The notes under the pieces are model-generated. The model saw only the letters and a program-made list of their open reading frames with translations. It was not told the origin of the DNA and ran no database searches. The translations under genes and the position numbers were made by a program. Of a stretch of 64,000 nucleotides of DNA, positions 1 through 9,439 are shown one piece after another; the stretch's first letter is position 1; every line of letters starts with the position of its first letter. The stretch comes from a candidate division WOR-3 bacterium. Lineage in GTDB: Bacteria > Hydrothermota > Tepidihabitantia > Tepidihabitantales > Tepidihabitantaceae. The DNA lies in the NCBI GenBank assembly GCA_965648905.1, contig CBFGIT010000002.1, positions 1-64,000 on the forward strand, read 5' to 3'.

Positions 1-446
1 AGCGTATCAACGGGTCGTTCCAGGACCGGCTGGTGGCAGAACTGGAACATCACCACATCACCGACCCGGCCCAGGCCACTGACTACCTCAACCGGGTGTT
101 CATTCCCAAGTATGCCCGGCGCTTCGGAGTAGAACCGCGTGACCCGGAGTCGGCCTTCCGACCGATACCTGAAGGCATGGATCTGCGCACCGTGCTGTGT
201 GCCAGAACCACCCGCGAGGTCGCCAACGACAACACCATCAGCTACCAGGGCCAGGTCTACCAACTTAGGCCTAATACCCGTACCGTCTGCATCGCCGGAA
301 CCAAGGTCACCGTCCAGGAGTGGTTTGATGGCTCAATCCATGTCCGGCATGACCGGGCCGGCACCGTCCCTGTGACCCAGCTGCGCGCCCGCTCCCGACC
401 ATCCAAATCCAGGCTGTCAACCCATGACACTTTCGCTGTGGTTTAG
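1..446 (+). mobile_element. ISNCY/IS1202-like transposase, C-terminal part (5' end lies outside the window)
   Basis: Open frame from the window edge: RINGSFQDRLVAEL...FIPKYARRF...SAFRP...RxVANDNTISYQG...DGSI, typical of the IS481/IS1202-related DDE transposase C-terminus. Confidence 0.85.
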
Positions 447-474
447 GTATGACATAATCGCTGTGGTTTGACGC
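424..474. repeat. Subterminal direct repeats at the right end of the IS
   Basis: ATGACActtTCGCTGTGGTTT (424-444) and ATGACAtaaTCGCTGTGGTTT (449-469), 25-bp period, overlapping the transposase stop. Confidence 0.75.
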
Positions 475-503
475 ATCCGGACTACTGACTGAGGACGCGA
501 CCG

Positions 504-884
504 CTAGCCTGACGAGTCGGCCGTGTGAGTGCTCAGGGTCTGCCCGGTGTGGTGCTTACGCGCCCGCGCGGCCCAGGCGAAGCCGAGGAAGTACTTCTGC
601 CACAGTTCGTCTGACGAGCCGTATCCGTTGTTTCCGGCAAAGTAGTCGACGAGCAACTCGCGCACACGGCAGGGTTCCCTAAGGCGACCGCGGTTCTTGG
701 CATCGGCCAGGGTTAGGTCGAGTAGTTCGAGTGCCCGCTCAAACGCTCGGCGACTGTAGTCCGCGTTCCGCCTGTTCCGCCAGATGATGGCTCGTTCGAC
801 CTCGCTGCCGACATTGGCCAGTTGCTCGACGAGGTCGAGCTCAGACCAGCGACCTGCGGCAAGGTGCTTGTGCTGACAACTCAT
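504..884 (-). CDS. Conserved hypothetical helical protein, partner of DUF5674
   Basis: HKHLAAGRWSELDLVEQLANVGSEVERA motif; start overlaps the stop of the upstream gene. Confidence 0.75.
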   Translation of the reverse strand: MSCQHKHLAAGRWSELDLVEQLANVGSEVERAIIWRNRRNADYSRRAFERALELLDLTLADAKNRGRLREPCRVRELLVDYFAGNNGYGSSDELWQKYFLGFAWAARARKHHTGQTLSTHTADSSG

Positions 885-1222
885 TCCCGGACCAGCGTGG
901 CAACGACCTCGGTCAGCCGGCGGCGCGTCTCAGGGTCGTCAACTCCACGGCTGCGGTTGCCCTGCGACGGGCGCAGGTTTATCATTGAGTCAAACACGAC
1001 CCGGCTCGACGGATCGGCGTCGGGATAGAGATTTATGCCCCAGAGGTCCTGTTGACGTGAGCCGTCGTCGAGCAGCAGCGCTTCTTCGTCTGAGTGCAGT
1101 TCTCCACCTACAGCCATGACGCCGCGGCCGATATCAACGACCGCCTTGACATAGTCGCCGAACTGACCTTGGGCCAGGCTTCGCAGCTCGGCCAGGCTGA
1201 CTCGGTCGCGGACAATCATCAT
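881..1222 (-). CDS. DUF5674 family protein
   Basis: VKAVVDI...GGELHSDEEALLLDDGSRQQDLWGINLYP...DSMINLRP; ATG at 1222 overlaps the glycosyltransferase TGA (ORF-track start 1312 is too long). Confidence 0.8.
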   Translation of the reverse strand: MMIVRDRVSLAELRSLAQGQFGDYVKAVVDIGRGVMAVGGELHSDEEALLLDDGSRQQDLWGINLYPDADPSSRVVFDSMINLRPSQGNRSRGVDDPETRRRLTEVVATLVRE

Positions 1223-2385
1223 GCCGCGACCTTCTTGTGATACTCGATGGCTCGGGCGATAGTCTCTTCCATCTGGTTTGCGGCCGAGTCCCATGTCCAC
1301 TGTCGGGCCCAAGCAATGGCCTGCGCGCCGAGCTTGGCGCGCAGGGGTTCATCCGAAAGCAGTCGGTCGAGCTTCTCAGCAAGACCGGTGATGTCGCCGT
1401 AGTTGTACATCAGCCCGTTCACACCATCACGCGAGGAGTCGACAAGCCCGGGGGAACGTGCCACGACCGCGGGTGTACCGCACGCGTTCGCCTCAAGCAC
1501 AATCAGGCCCCAGCCTTCCTTGGCCGAGTTCTCAACCAGAACCGCGGCCTGTCGGTACCAGTCTAGCTTCTCCTCCTCGGAGACAAAGCCGGTGAACTCG
1601 ACCGTGTCATTGAGGTCTAGCCGGGAACAGATGGTCTTCAAGCGGTCAAGGTCGTCGCCGGTCCCGACGATGACGACCCGGAAGCTGCGCCCCTTGTCCT
1701 TCAACAGGCGGGCAGCCTTGAGCAGATGGTCGGTGGACTTGTACTTCTTGAGCCGGCCGACGTGGAGGATGATGGGGTTTGAGGCCTGAGGTCTGGGGCT
1801 TGAGGTCTCCAAAGGTCGGAAGTAGTCGAGGTCAGTGCCGGGCGGAATCACGGTAATATGCTCGGCCGGAATGCCGACGCGTACCGTGTCTTGCTTTGAG
1901 CTTTCGGAAAGAACCGCGAACAGGCAGTTTCTGTAGGCCCATGGAATTATCGTCTCGGTCAGCCAGACATAGGCAGCAAGCGGTGCCAGGGCCTCGCGGA
2001 AGATGCTGCCCCGGAACAGGTGCATGAGCAGGGCGAGCACTGGCCGCCGGGTGTGCCACGGTGAGTAGAAAGGAATCTTGTTCAGGTCGTCGATGACAAT
2101 ATCGGCGTCGAGCGAGTCAGCGAGCGGCCCGACGATCCGCCCAGCCGTGTAGTTAAAGGTCCATTTGCCGCCCTGGCGGATAGTCCGGATACCGTCGAGC
2201 ATCTCCTCGGGCTTTGAGCCGGCAAATCGCTCGGCCAGAAGCGTCACCTGGTGCCCGCGCTGCACCAAGCGCTTGAATATCTCCTGGAAGTATATCTCGG
2301 CGCCGCCGGCGAGCGGGTTCTTGATGCACCGCCAGTTGACAACGAGTATGCGCACGGTCGGCAATCTTATTGCCGATTCCGGCAC
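1219..2385 (-). CDS. Glycosyltransferase family 4
   Basis: RILVVNWRCIKNPLAGGAE, VGRLKKYK, EGWGLIVLEANACGTP; true start may be the GTG at 2355. Confidence 0.92.
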   Translation of the reverse strand: MPESAIRLPTVRILVVNWRCIKNPLAGGAEIYFQEIFKRLVQRGHQVTLLAERFAGSKPEEMLDGIRTIRQGGKWTFNYTAGRIVGPLADSLDADIVIDDLNKIPFYSPWHTRRPVLALLMHLFRGSIFREALAPLAAYVWLTETIIPWAYRNCLFAVLSESSKQDTVRVGIPAEHITVIPPGTDLDYFRPLETSSPRPQASNPIILHVGRLKKYKSTDHLLKAARLLKDKGRSFRVVIVGTGDDLDRLKTICSRLDLNDTVEFTGFVSEEEKLDWYRQAAVLVENSAKEGWGLIVLEANACGTPAVVARSPGLVDSSRDGVNGLMYNYGDITGLAEKLDRLLSDEPLRAKLGAQAIAWARQWTWDSAANQMEETIARAIEYHKKVAA

Positions 2386-2567
2386 GGGTCAAGCTGACAC
2401 TCGCGCCGGGCGCAGGCCGGAACTGCTGTTGGGTAAGAAAGTGATAGGACCAGCCACCATCAAGGCCGACCACGCCCAGTGCCGCAGCGGTCAAGTGCCC
2501 GCCGACATAGAGCGTGGCCCGGTTGCTCAGCCCGTAGCGATACCGGGCCACAGCATAGGGCATGCGG

Positions 2568-2795
2568 TCAGATGCCCGGCAGGGAGTCGGGCCGCGTCAG
2601 GTGCTGCCAGAGAAAGGCGAACCGCTCTCGGTTAGAGAGGACGAGGAACAGGATGGCGCCAATGAGCAGGAGCGCCATCAAGGCAATGAGCCAGCCGTAG
2701 GTGGCACGGCGTGGCGTACGTCGCTCTACCTGCTCCATGGCTCGCAGGATCTTCCGACCGCGCTCGACTTCAGGGTCAAAGGGTAATTTGGCCAA
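2568..2795 (-). CDS. Small membrane protein, hypothetical
   Basis: 75 aa with one clear hydrophobic segment (WLIALMALLLIGAILFLVL). Confidence 0.6.
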   Translation of the reverse strand: MAKLPFDPEVERGRKILRAMEQVERRTPRRATYGWLIALMALLLIGAILFLVLSNRERFAFLWQHLTRPDSLPGI

Positions 2796-3045
2796 TCTAG
2801 TTATCCGTCATTCGACGATTGTCAGAAGAGGGGATTGCAAGTCGCGGGGCAGCGGTTGTCTGCCAGAGAACATCCATTCCGTCGTCGGCGGGCAGGAATC
2901 CTTTCACTGTGTAACTGGACGGGTCCAGAAGCAGCGTTGCAACAAAGGCGGTCTTGCGCCGAAGGAAGCGGACGAGGCGGCCCGGGCCGGTCGGCGTGGC
3001 CTCAAGCGCCAGCGCAAGGAGCAGGGCGCGAGTGGTCGGCATGGC

Positions 3046-3804
3046 TCACAACTCCAGCCCGGCGAGCGCCTTCTGCAGGCGGGCGATTTCGGCGTGGTGG
3101 GTCATGTCCAGGTGCAGCGGGGTCACCGAGATGTAGCCGGCGTATACCGCCTCGAAGTCAGAGCCGGGCGCGTCGTCGAATCCCATCTCGCCATCTATGG
3201 TCCATGAGACCCCGCCGTCGGGCAGGGTTCCTTTGATTGCCATGTCGCGGTAGATGCGTTTGCCCAGGCGCGTGACGCGCACTCCCTTGACGTCGCCCGA
3301 AGGGATATTGACATTGAGCAAGGTTTTCTTCGGCAGCAGGCCGTTGCGCAGCATGGGTACAAGACCGCGCAGGAATGACCGGGTTGGTTCGCGGTTCCGG
3401 CCCGGCTCGAGGTACGAGACCGCGACCGCAGGCATCCCGAGCATCGCGCCCTCAATTGCCGCAGCAACCGTGCCAGAATAGAGCACATCGTCGCCCAGGT
3501 TCGGGCTGTCGTTGATGCCGGAAAGAACCAGGTCTATCTCGCGCTTGAGGATGCCGTGATGAGAGATGAGCAGACAATCGGTCGGCGTGCCGTGCACCGC
3601 GAACCAGCGCGGCCGCAAGCGCCAGACCTTGATCGGCTTGCGCAGGCTGAAGGAGTGGCTTGAGGCTGACTGGTTCACGGCCGGCGCGACAACATAGACC
3701 CGGCCCAGATTCTTCACCGCATCGTACAGGTCGCGCAGGCCCTGGGCCTCGATGCCGTCGTCATTGCTCAGCAGGATAAGCGGCCGGGTCGCTGGTTTCG
3801 ACAT
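3046..3804 (-). CDS. surE: 5'/3'-nucleotidase SurE
   Basis: ILLSNDDG, VAPAVNQS, GTPTDC, SGIN...NLGDDVLYSGTVAAAIEG, ISVTPL. Confidence 0.96.
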   Translation of the reverse strand: MSKPATRPLILLSNDDGIEAQGLRDLYDAVKNLGRVYVVAPAVNQSASSHSFSLRKPIKVWRLRPRWFAVHGTPTDCLLISHHGILKREIDLVLSGINDSPNLGDDVLYSGTVAAAIEGAMLGMPAVAVSYLEPGRNREPTRSFLRGLVPMLRNGLLPKKTLLNVNIPSGDVKGVRVTRLGKRIYRDMAIKGTLPDGGVSWTIDGEMGFDDAPGSDFEAVYAGYISVTPLHLDMTHHAEIARLQKALAGLEL

Positions 3805-3918
3805 CAGGCAATGTATAGCGGACTTGGTGCGCGTGTCAACTGTGACCGGCGCTGCGTCCGGCTTGACTGCCGACGCCTGCCGGCTAACGTAAGCGGATGC
3901 TTCTTCTGACCAAAGGAG

Positions 3919-4488
3919 TTGAACGTGAAGAAAGTGCTTGTACTTGAAGGCAGCCCGCGCGTGGGCAACACCGCGCTCGTAACCGACTGGGTGCTTGAGG
4001 GCATGGGTAGGGGCGTGCGTGTCGAGCGGGTCCGCGTCTGTGACCTTGCCGTACGCGAGTGTCAGGAATGCTTCGCCTGCTCGAAGAGCAAGAAGATTGC
4101 CGGGTGCGCGCAGAACGATGAGATGGCCGACCTGTACGACCGGATTGTCGATGCCGACTTAGTGCTCTGGACCAGCCCGATTTTCTGCTGGGGCATCACC
4201 GGCCAGTTGAAGGTCGTGCTCGACCGGTGCTTTGCCCTGCTCACCGGCGAGGACATGCTCAAGGGAAACAAGTGGGCCTTGGTACTGACCGCGGGCGGTG
4301 ACCACTTTGACGGCGCGGACCTCGTGGTGCAGATGTTTTTGCGGCTGGCGCGGTTCGGCGGCATAGAGTACCTGGGACAGCACGTCGTCGCGCCCTGCCC
4401 GGACCGGGCGAAGCTGAGGAACAACACGGTGCTGAAGAAGAGCGCGAGGGGCTTCGGAAGGGAGCTGGCCAAGGCGCTGGCAGACTAG
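3919..4488 (+). CDS. Flavodoxin-like iron-sulfur flavoprotein / NADPH-dependent FMN reductase
   Basis: GSPRVGNT, CxxCxxC-x8-C, SPIFCW...LKVVLDR. Confidence 0.88.
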   Translation: MNVKKVLVLEGSPRVGNTALVTDWVLEGMGRGVRVERVRVCDLAVRECQECFACSKSKKIAGCAQNDEMADLYDRIVDADLVLWTSPIFCWGITGQLKVVLDRCFALLTGEDMLKGNKWALVLTAGGDHFDGADLVVQMFLRLARFGGIEYLGQHVVAPCPDRAKLRNNTVLKKSARGFGRELAKALAD

Positions 4489-4516
4489 CCGCGCAAGGAC
4501 AGAACCCGAGACCAGA

Positions 4517-6787
4517 ATGACGAATCGGGCACAAGTCAGGATACCGAGCCTGACGTTACTGGCATCGGTATTGTTCTTTGTTGCTTCCCGGCTTGCGCTG
4601 GGTGCCGAGCCAGGCGCGGTCAGCGGGTTTGTGCGCGATGCGTCGAACGGCGAGCCCTTGGCATATGCCAATGTCTACCTTGAAGGTACGGGCCTCGGCG
4701 CGGCCACAAGCGACAAGGGCTACTACTATATTGGCCATGTGCCGCCGGGCAGCTACGAGCTGGTCGCGTCGTTTGTCGGGTACCAGACAGTGCGGCGCCG
4801 CGTGACCGTCGGCATGAGCCAGACGGTCAAGGCGGACATCGAACTTGGGCCCGGTGCGATTGAACTGGGCGAAGTGAAGGTCACGGCGGACCGCGCCCGG
4901 TTCGAGCGCGAGGTCGAGGTGTCGGTGGTGCGCCTGGACACGCGGCGGCTGCAACTCGTGCCCAAGGTCGGGGGCGAGGTAGACCTGTTCCGAACGATCC
5001 AGTCCCTGCCCGGCGTGGTTGCGACTTCCGACTTCTCCAACCGGCTCTACATCCGGGGCGGCTCGCCGGACCAGAACCTGGTGCTTCTCGACGGCATCAC
5101 GCTCTACAACCCGTCACACCTGTTCGGCATGTTCTCGCCGTTCGTACCTGAGGCGGTGTCGGACGTAACGCTCCTTGCGGGCGGGTTCCCGGCCCGGTAC
5201 GGCAGCCGACTCAGCTCGGTGCTGGACGTGACCACCAAGGAAGGCAACTCCAAGCGCCTGACCGGCGATGCCTCGGTGTCGATGCTTGCGGCCAAGGCCC
5301 AGCTTGAGGGACCGATACCGCGCGGTTCGTTCCTGGTTGCCGGTCGCCGGACCTACCTGCCTGACCTGCTCCTGGCCGCGTTTGACGTCAAGGGTATTGG
5401 CTACTATTTCTACGACGTGATGGGCAAGGTGAACTACGAGCCGTGGCCGGACTCGCGTTTCACCCTGGCCGGCATCGGGGCCGAGGATGTACTCAACTTC
5501 TGGGACCCGGACAACCGGACCGCGCTTGACGCACGCCTGCGCTGGGGCAATCGCGGGGTCTCCCTGCGCTGGAACCGCGTGTTCACACCCGTGCTCTACG
5601 GCGAGGTGATGACGGCGTGGAGCAACTTTCACACGCTCATGGCGGCGCAGTTCGGCGCACCGGACAAGGCGGAGATGAGCGCCGAGATAACCGACCTGAT
5701 GTCCAAAGCCGAGATGACGTGGTACGCGGCTGACCGGCACACGGTCGACTTCGGTATCGATGTTCGCTGCGACCGGGAATACATGTGCTTCAGCTTTGGC
5801 CGGCTCGGGTTCGACACAACCACCAGCTACTGGCCGGTGGGGCTGTACGTGGACGAGAAATGGGAACTGGTCGCAAAGAAGCTCTATGTGAAGCCCGGTC
5901 TCAGGCTGAGCTACTACTCGCTCGGTAACCGGGTGAGCCCGGAGCCGCGCGCCAGCGTCAAGTACCTGCCGGCAAAGAACACGGCCATCAACGCAGCTTT
6001 GGGCCGGTTCACCCAGCCGGTTGTGACCATGAACTCGACCGATGCGGTCTTCTCAATATACGACGTCTGGATACCGGTGCAGGAGTACCACCGACTGCCC
6101 GAGGCCTGGCACTATGTTGCGGGTGTGGAGCAGTGGCTGAGCCGCGACCTGACCGTGTCGCTCGAAGGATACTACAAAGACTACAATCATCTGCTCGAGA
6201 CCCGATACGGCCGGATATTCACCCGGCCCGACTCGCTGCTTGAGGCAGACGGCTACTCGTACGGCGCGGACCTTATGCTGCGCAAGACCGAAGGTTGGTA
6301 CAACGGCTGGCTCAGTTACTCGTACATGTGGACCCGGCGCGGTATCGGCAGTGAGTCCTATCACCCGCACTACGACCGCCGGCACAGTGTCAACCTCGTG
6401 GTCAACTTCCCGCGCCTGGTCTGGGGCGTCGACCTGTCGGCAAAATGGACCCTTGGTTCAGGCCTGCCTTATGCCGGAATCATCGGCTACTACTCGCGCT
6501 ATAACTACCACCCGCTCGAGAATGGAGTCAAGCTCTGGCAGGGCTTCATCGAAGGCCCGCGCGACGCGTTCCGCTACCCGGTCTACCACCGCGCCGACGT
6601 TGGTCTGTCCCGGGCCTGGCCGGCACGCTGGGGCGAGGTAACTGTGTTTCTTGACGTGACCAACGCCTACTACGCGCGGAACGTGCTCCTGTACTACTGG
6701 GAAGTGCCGAAAACAGGCCTGCCCGAACGCAAGAGCGTGGGGATGCTGCCGATTCTGCCGAGCTTGGGTGTAAAAGTGAGGTTCTAG
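4517..6787 (+). CDS. TonB-dependent receptor with N-terminal carboxypeptidase-regulatory-like domain
   Basis: Signal peptide, SGFVRDASNGEPL, plug motifs LPGV / IRGGSPDQN / GGFPARYGSRLSSV, C-terminal F. Confidence 0.93.
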   Translation: MTNRAQVRIPSLTLLASVLFFVASRLALGAEPGAVSGFVRDASNGEPLAYANVYLEGTGLGAATSDKGYYYIGHVPPGSYELVASFVGYQTVRRRVTVGMSQTVKADIELGPGAIELGEVKVTADRARFEREVEVSVVRLDTRRLQLVPKVGGEVDLFRTIQSLPGVVATSDFSNRLYIRGGSPDQNLVLLDGITLYNPSHLFGMFSPFVPEAVSDVTLLAGGFPARYGSRLSSVLDVTTKEGNSKRLTGDASVSMLAAKAQLEGPIPRGSFLVAGRRTYLPDLLLAAFDVKGIGYYFYDVMGKVNYEPWPDSRFTLAGIGAEDVLNFWDPDNRTALDARLRWGNRGVSLRWNRVFTPVLYGEVMTAWSNFHTLMAAQFGAPDKAEMSAEITDLMSKAEMTWYAADRHTVDFGIDVRCDREYMCFSFGRLGFDTTTSYWPVGLYVDEKWELVAKKLYVKPGLRLSYYSLGNRVSPEPRASVKYLPAKNTAINAALGRFTQPVVTMNSTDAVFSIYDVWIPVQEYHRLPEAWHYVAGVEQWLSRDLTVSLEGYYKDYNHLLETRYGRIFTRPDSLLEADGYSYGADLMLRKTEGWYNGWLSYSYMWTRRGIGSESYHPHYDRRHSVNLVVNFPRLVWGVDLSAKWTLGSGLPYAGIIGYYSRYNYHPLENGVKLWQGFIEGPRDAFRYPVYHRADVGLSRAWPARWGEVTVFLDVTNAYYARNVLLYYWEVPKTGLPERKSVGMLPILPSLGVKVRF

Positions 6788-6793
6788 GCGACG

Positions 6794-7780
6794 ATGCGGT
6801 TGCGCGCACTCATGCTGCTCGTCGTACTGGCAGCAATGTCATGCGAGGTCAGCCCGGCAGACCGATATGAACCGGTACTGAATGTCCACTGCATGCTCAT
6901 ATGCGGTGACACCTACCCCGAGGTCTGGGTCAACCGGACCTACGCGCTCGACGAAACCGTGGTGCCTTATCTGGACGGCGTCACCGTGCGGCTCTGGCGT
7001 GGAGCCGACACATGGCATTTCCGGCCCGGGGAGTATCACAGCCAGTACTGGAGCGCAGACCGCGTTCGGGCAGTGCCGGGCGATACGTTCGGGCTGATGG
7101 TTGCTCATCCTGAGTTCGATACGGTGTGGGGCCAAACCGTGGTACCCGATACGTTCTCGATTCTCTGGCCGCGGCTGGGAGACACGGTCCGGCTGGACGA
7201 TTCGGTCGTCATGACCCGCAGCCGGTCGTGCCGGGGTTACTTCATGTCCGCACGCTACTTTCTGGGTCGGGATACGATATGGTTCTACCGCGCTCTGCCT
7301 AATGAGAGTCTGCCCGCACTCGGGTACGACAGTCTGTACGTGCGGTTCCCGACCGCTTTCTTGGCCGGCGAGCACGAAGGACCGTATACCTTCCGCGTCG
7401 CGGCCTTGGACTCAAACTATTTTGATTGGGTGTCGAACGGAATCGCCAGCCCGAGCGAGCAGTACACGACTTTGGCTGCCGGCATTACTGGCGGCGTGGG
7501 GGTCTTTGGAGCCGCCGCCATCTGCTCAGTCCGGTTCTACCTGAAGAAGAACCAGAATAACCTGGCTAGACGCGACCCTCAGGTTGCCGGCTCGGCGGGC
7601 GGCGTCAGCAGCTCTTTGAGCTTAGCCAGCAGCTCTTCGCGGTTGACCGGTTTGGCGAGGAATGTATCGGCACCGGCGTCGAGCGCGGCCTTGACGTCCT
7701 TGTCCCGTACGCGGCCCGAGAGCACGATAATCGGCGCTTTGAACGACTTGTCGCGCTTGAACATCGTGCAGACCTGGTAA
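6794..7780 (+). CDS. DUF4249-like lipoprotein accompanying the TBDR
   Basis: Lipobox LAAMSC, ITGGVGVFGA motif, directly downstream of the TBDR; the last ~65 codons overlap the opposite-strand response regulator. Confidence 0.75.
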   Translation: MRLRALMLLVVLAAMSCEVSPADRYEPVLNVHCMLICGDTYPEVWVNRTYALDETVVPYLDGVTVRLWRGADTWHFRPGEYHSQYWSADRVRAVPGDTFGLMVAHPEFDTVWGQTVVPDTFSILWPRLGDTVRLDDSVVMTRSRSCRGYFMSARYFLGRDTIWFYRALPNESLPALGYDSLYVRFPTAFLAGEHEGPYTFRVAALDSNYFDWVSNGIASPSEQYTTLAAGITGGVGVFGAAAICSVRFYLKKNQNNLARRDPQVAGSAGGVSSSLSLASSSSRLTGLARNVSAPASSAALTSLSRTRPESTIIGALNDLSRLNIVQTW

Positions 7781-7962
7781 CCATCGATGCCGGGCATGGT
7801 CAGATCGCAGACCACGGCGTCAGGCGGGGTTTCGCGTGCGGCGCGGATTGCTGCCATGCCGTCTGCCGCACAGACCACTTCATAACCCGCCAGCTTGAGC
7901 ATCTTCTCAAGCAGCAAACGCACCGGGGCTTCGTCTTCGACCACGAGAATACGCTGTTTCAT
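7579..7962 (-). CDS. Single-domain response regulator
   Basis: ILVVEDE, PDAVVCDLTMPGIDG, FLAKP. Confidence 0.93.
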   Translation of the reverse strand: MKQRILVVEDEAPVRLLLEKMLKLAGYEVVCAADGMAAIRAARETPPDAVVCDLTMPGIDGYQVCTMFKRDKSFKAPIIVLSGRVRDKDVKAALDAGADTFLAKPVNREELLAKLKELLTPPAEPAT

Positions 7963-8029
7963 GGCAACTCAGATTATGGACAAACCGGGTCTTGTCAAGA
8001 ATCGCCCTTGCTGCCCGGCCCGAGGTTGG

Positions 8030-9433
8030 TCAACGCTCGGGCGCGTTCCCGACCGGCTCGAGGAGCAGAAGCAGGTAGTCGAAACTGCTCTCCGGGTTGT
8101 GGTCGTGTCCGGCAACAAGCACGCGGTGGGCATCGGTCATCCACGTCAACGCGACCGGCCGCGCTTCGCCTGAAGCTGCGGTCGGCCCGCGCCACGACCA
8201 GAGCGTGTCTCCTTCTTTTGAGTAGCCGAGCAGGAGCAGGTCAGGGAAGCTGGCCGCGCCCACTGAGTTACCGCCGACCACGATGTTGCCCTGCTCATCG
8301 GTTGCCAGGCACCAGCCTCGGTCGGCCGAACCAGCCGGACCGTTGTAGCGCCGGGCCCAGAGCAATTGACCTGAAGGCGAGTACTTCAGCGTCGCGATAT
8401 CGAATGACGAACCCGCACCCGTGGACTGGCCGGTTACGATGAGGTTCCCTTCCGGGTCCAGGCATGCAGCCTGACAGACATCCACTTTCCCGGCCGCGTC
8501 GTAGGTTCGCTGCCAGAGTTTGCGGCCAGAGGAGTCAAAGCAGGCAATCAGATAGTCGAACGAACTCCGGTCCCCGGTAACCGACCCGGTAACAAAGCAC
8601 CTCCCGGTTCGGTCGAGCAGCACCGCGGCCGCCAGGTCGGTCGCGTGACCTGGTCCATCAATTGTGCGCAACCAGGCCAGCTTGCCGTCAGGCCGGAACT
8701 TCAGGAGCACGATGTCCGAGTTGGTCGGGCTGACGGTGCTCCGGCCGACAAGATAGATGTTGCCGCGAGCGTCAATCGCGACCGCTGCGGCGTAGTCGTC
8801 TGAGCGAGCGGGTCCGTCCCAGAGTCTGGTCCAGATGGTATCGCCGTGCAGGTCATAGCGAACCAGAGCGATGTCCCAGTCACTGCGCGGACTGGTGGTC
8901 GAGGACCGGCGTCGGCTCGCTCCGACAACGACAATCGTGCCATCGGGCAGCACGCCGAGCGCTGCAGGTTTGTCGTCATAGTTGAAGGCGAAGTCAGTGC
9001 GCCGGAGCCAGAGCGTGTCGCCATCTGGTGAATACCTGATGGTCTGAAAATCCCAGCCCTGACTCCGGTTGGCGATCGTCCCGCCCGACGCGACAAAGCA
9101 GCCGGACGAGTCAAGCGCCAGACACCAGGGCCGGTCCTCACAGTTCAATGGCGAGCCGTAGCGCCGGGTCCACAGGGTCTCGCCGGCCGGGCTGAGCTTG
9201 ACCGTGGCGAAGTCGAAGTCGGTGGAATCGCCAAAGCTGTACCCGGTCAGGCAGATGTTGCCGGCCCGATCAAGAACCAGACCCGTGCACCGGTCCTCGC
9301 CGTGCACCGGGCCGTCATACCGCGCGGTCCAGAGGACTTGGGGCTGCGCCAGAACGGCATTGAACATGCCAACGACAAGAAAGACAAAGGGCAGGCAGGT
9401 CTGCGCACTGGTGGTCGAATGATCTCTGGTCAA
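8030..9433 (-). CDS. Secreted beta-propeller (SBBP-repeat) protein
   Basis: Repeated 'D..TVK.S..G..LW.RRY.G' and 'A.D..GNIY..G' units; exact start uncertain. Confidence 0.85.
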   Translation of the reverse strand: MTRDHSTTSAQTCLPFVFLVVGMFNAVLAQPQVLWTARYDGPVHGEDRCTGLVLDRAGNICLTGYSFGDSTDFDFATVKLSPAGETLWTRRYGSPLNCEDRPWCLALDSSGCFVASGGTIANRSQGWDFQTIRYSPDGDTLWLRRTDFAFNYDDKPAALGVLPDGTIVVVGASRRRSSTTSPRSDWDIALVRYDLHGDTIWTRLWDGPARSDDYAAAVAIDARGNIYLVGRSTVSPTNSDIVLLKFRPDGKLAWLRTIDGPGHATDLAAAVLLDRTGRCFVTGSVTGDRSSFDYLIACFDSSGRKLWQRTYDAAGKVDVCQAACLDPEGNLIVTGQSTGAGSSFDIATLKYSPSGQLLWARRYNGPAGSADRGWCLATDEQGNIVVGGNSVGAASFPDLLLLGYSKEGDTLWSWRGPTAASGEARPVALTWMTDAHRVLVAGHDHNPESSFDYLLLLLEPVGNAPER

Positions 9434-9439
9434 TCCGGC

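Noticed and set aside
2797..3042. 81-aa ORF just downstream of surE
   Set aside because: Position is plausible, but there is no recognisable motif and its 3' part looks like promoter or repeat sequence; cannot be supported
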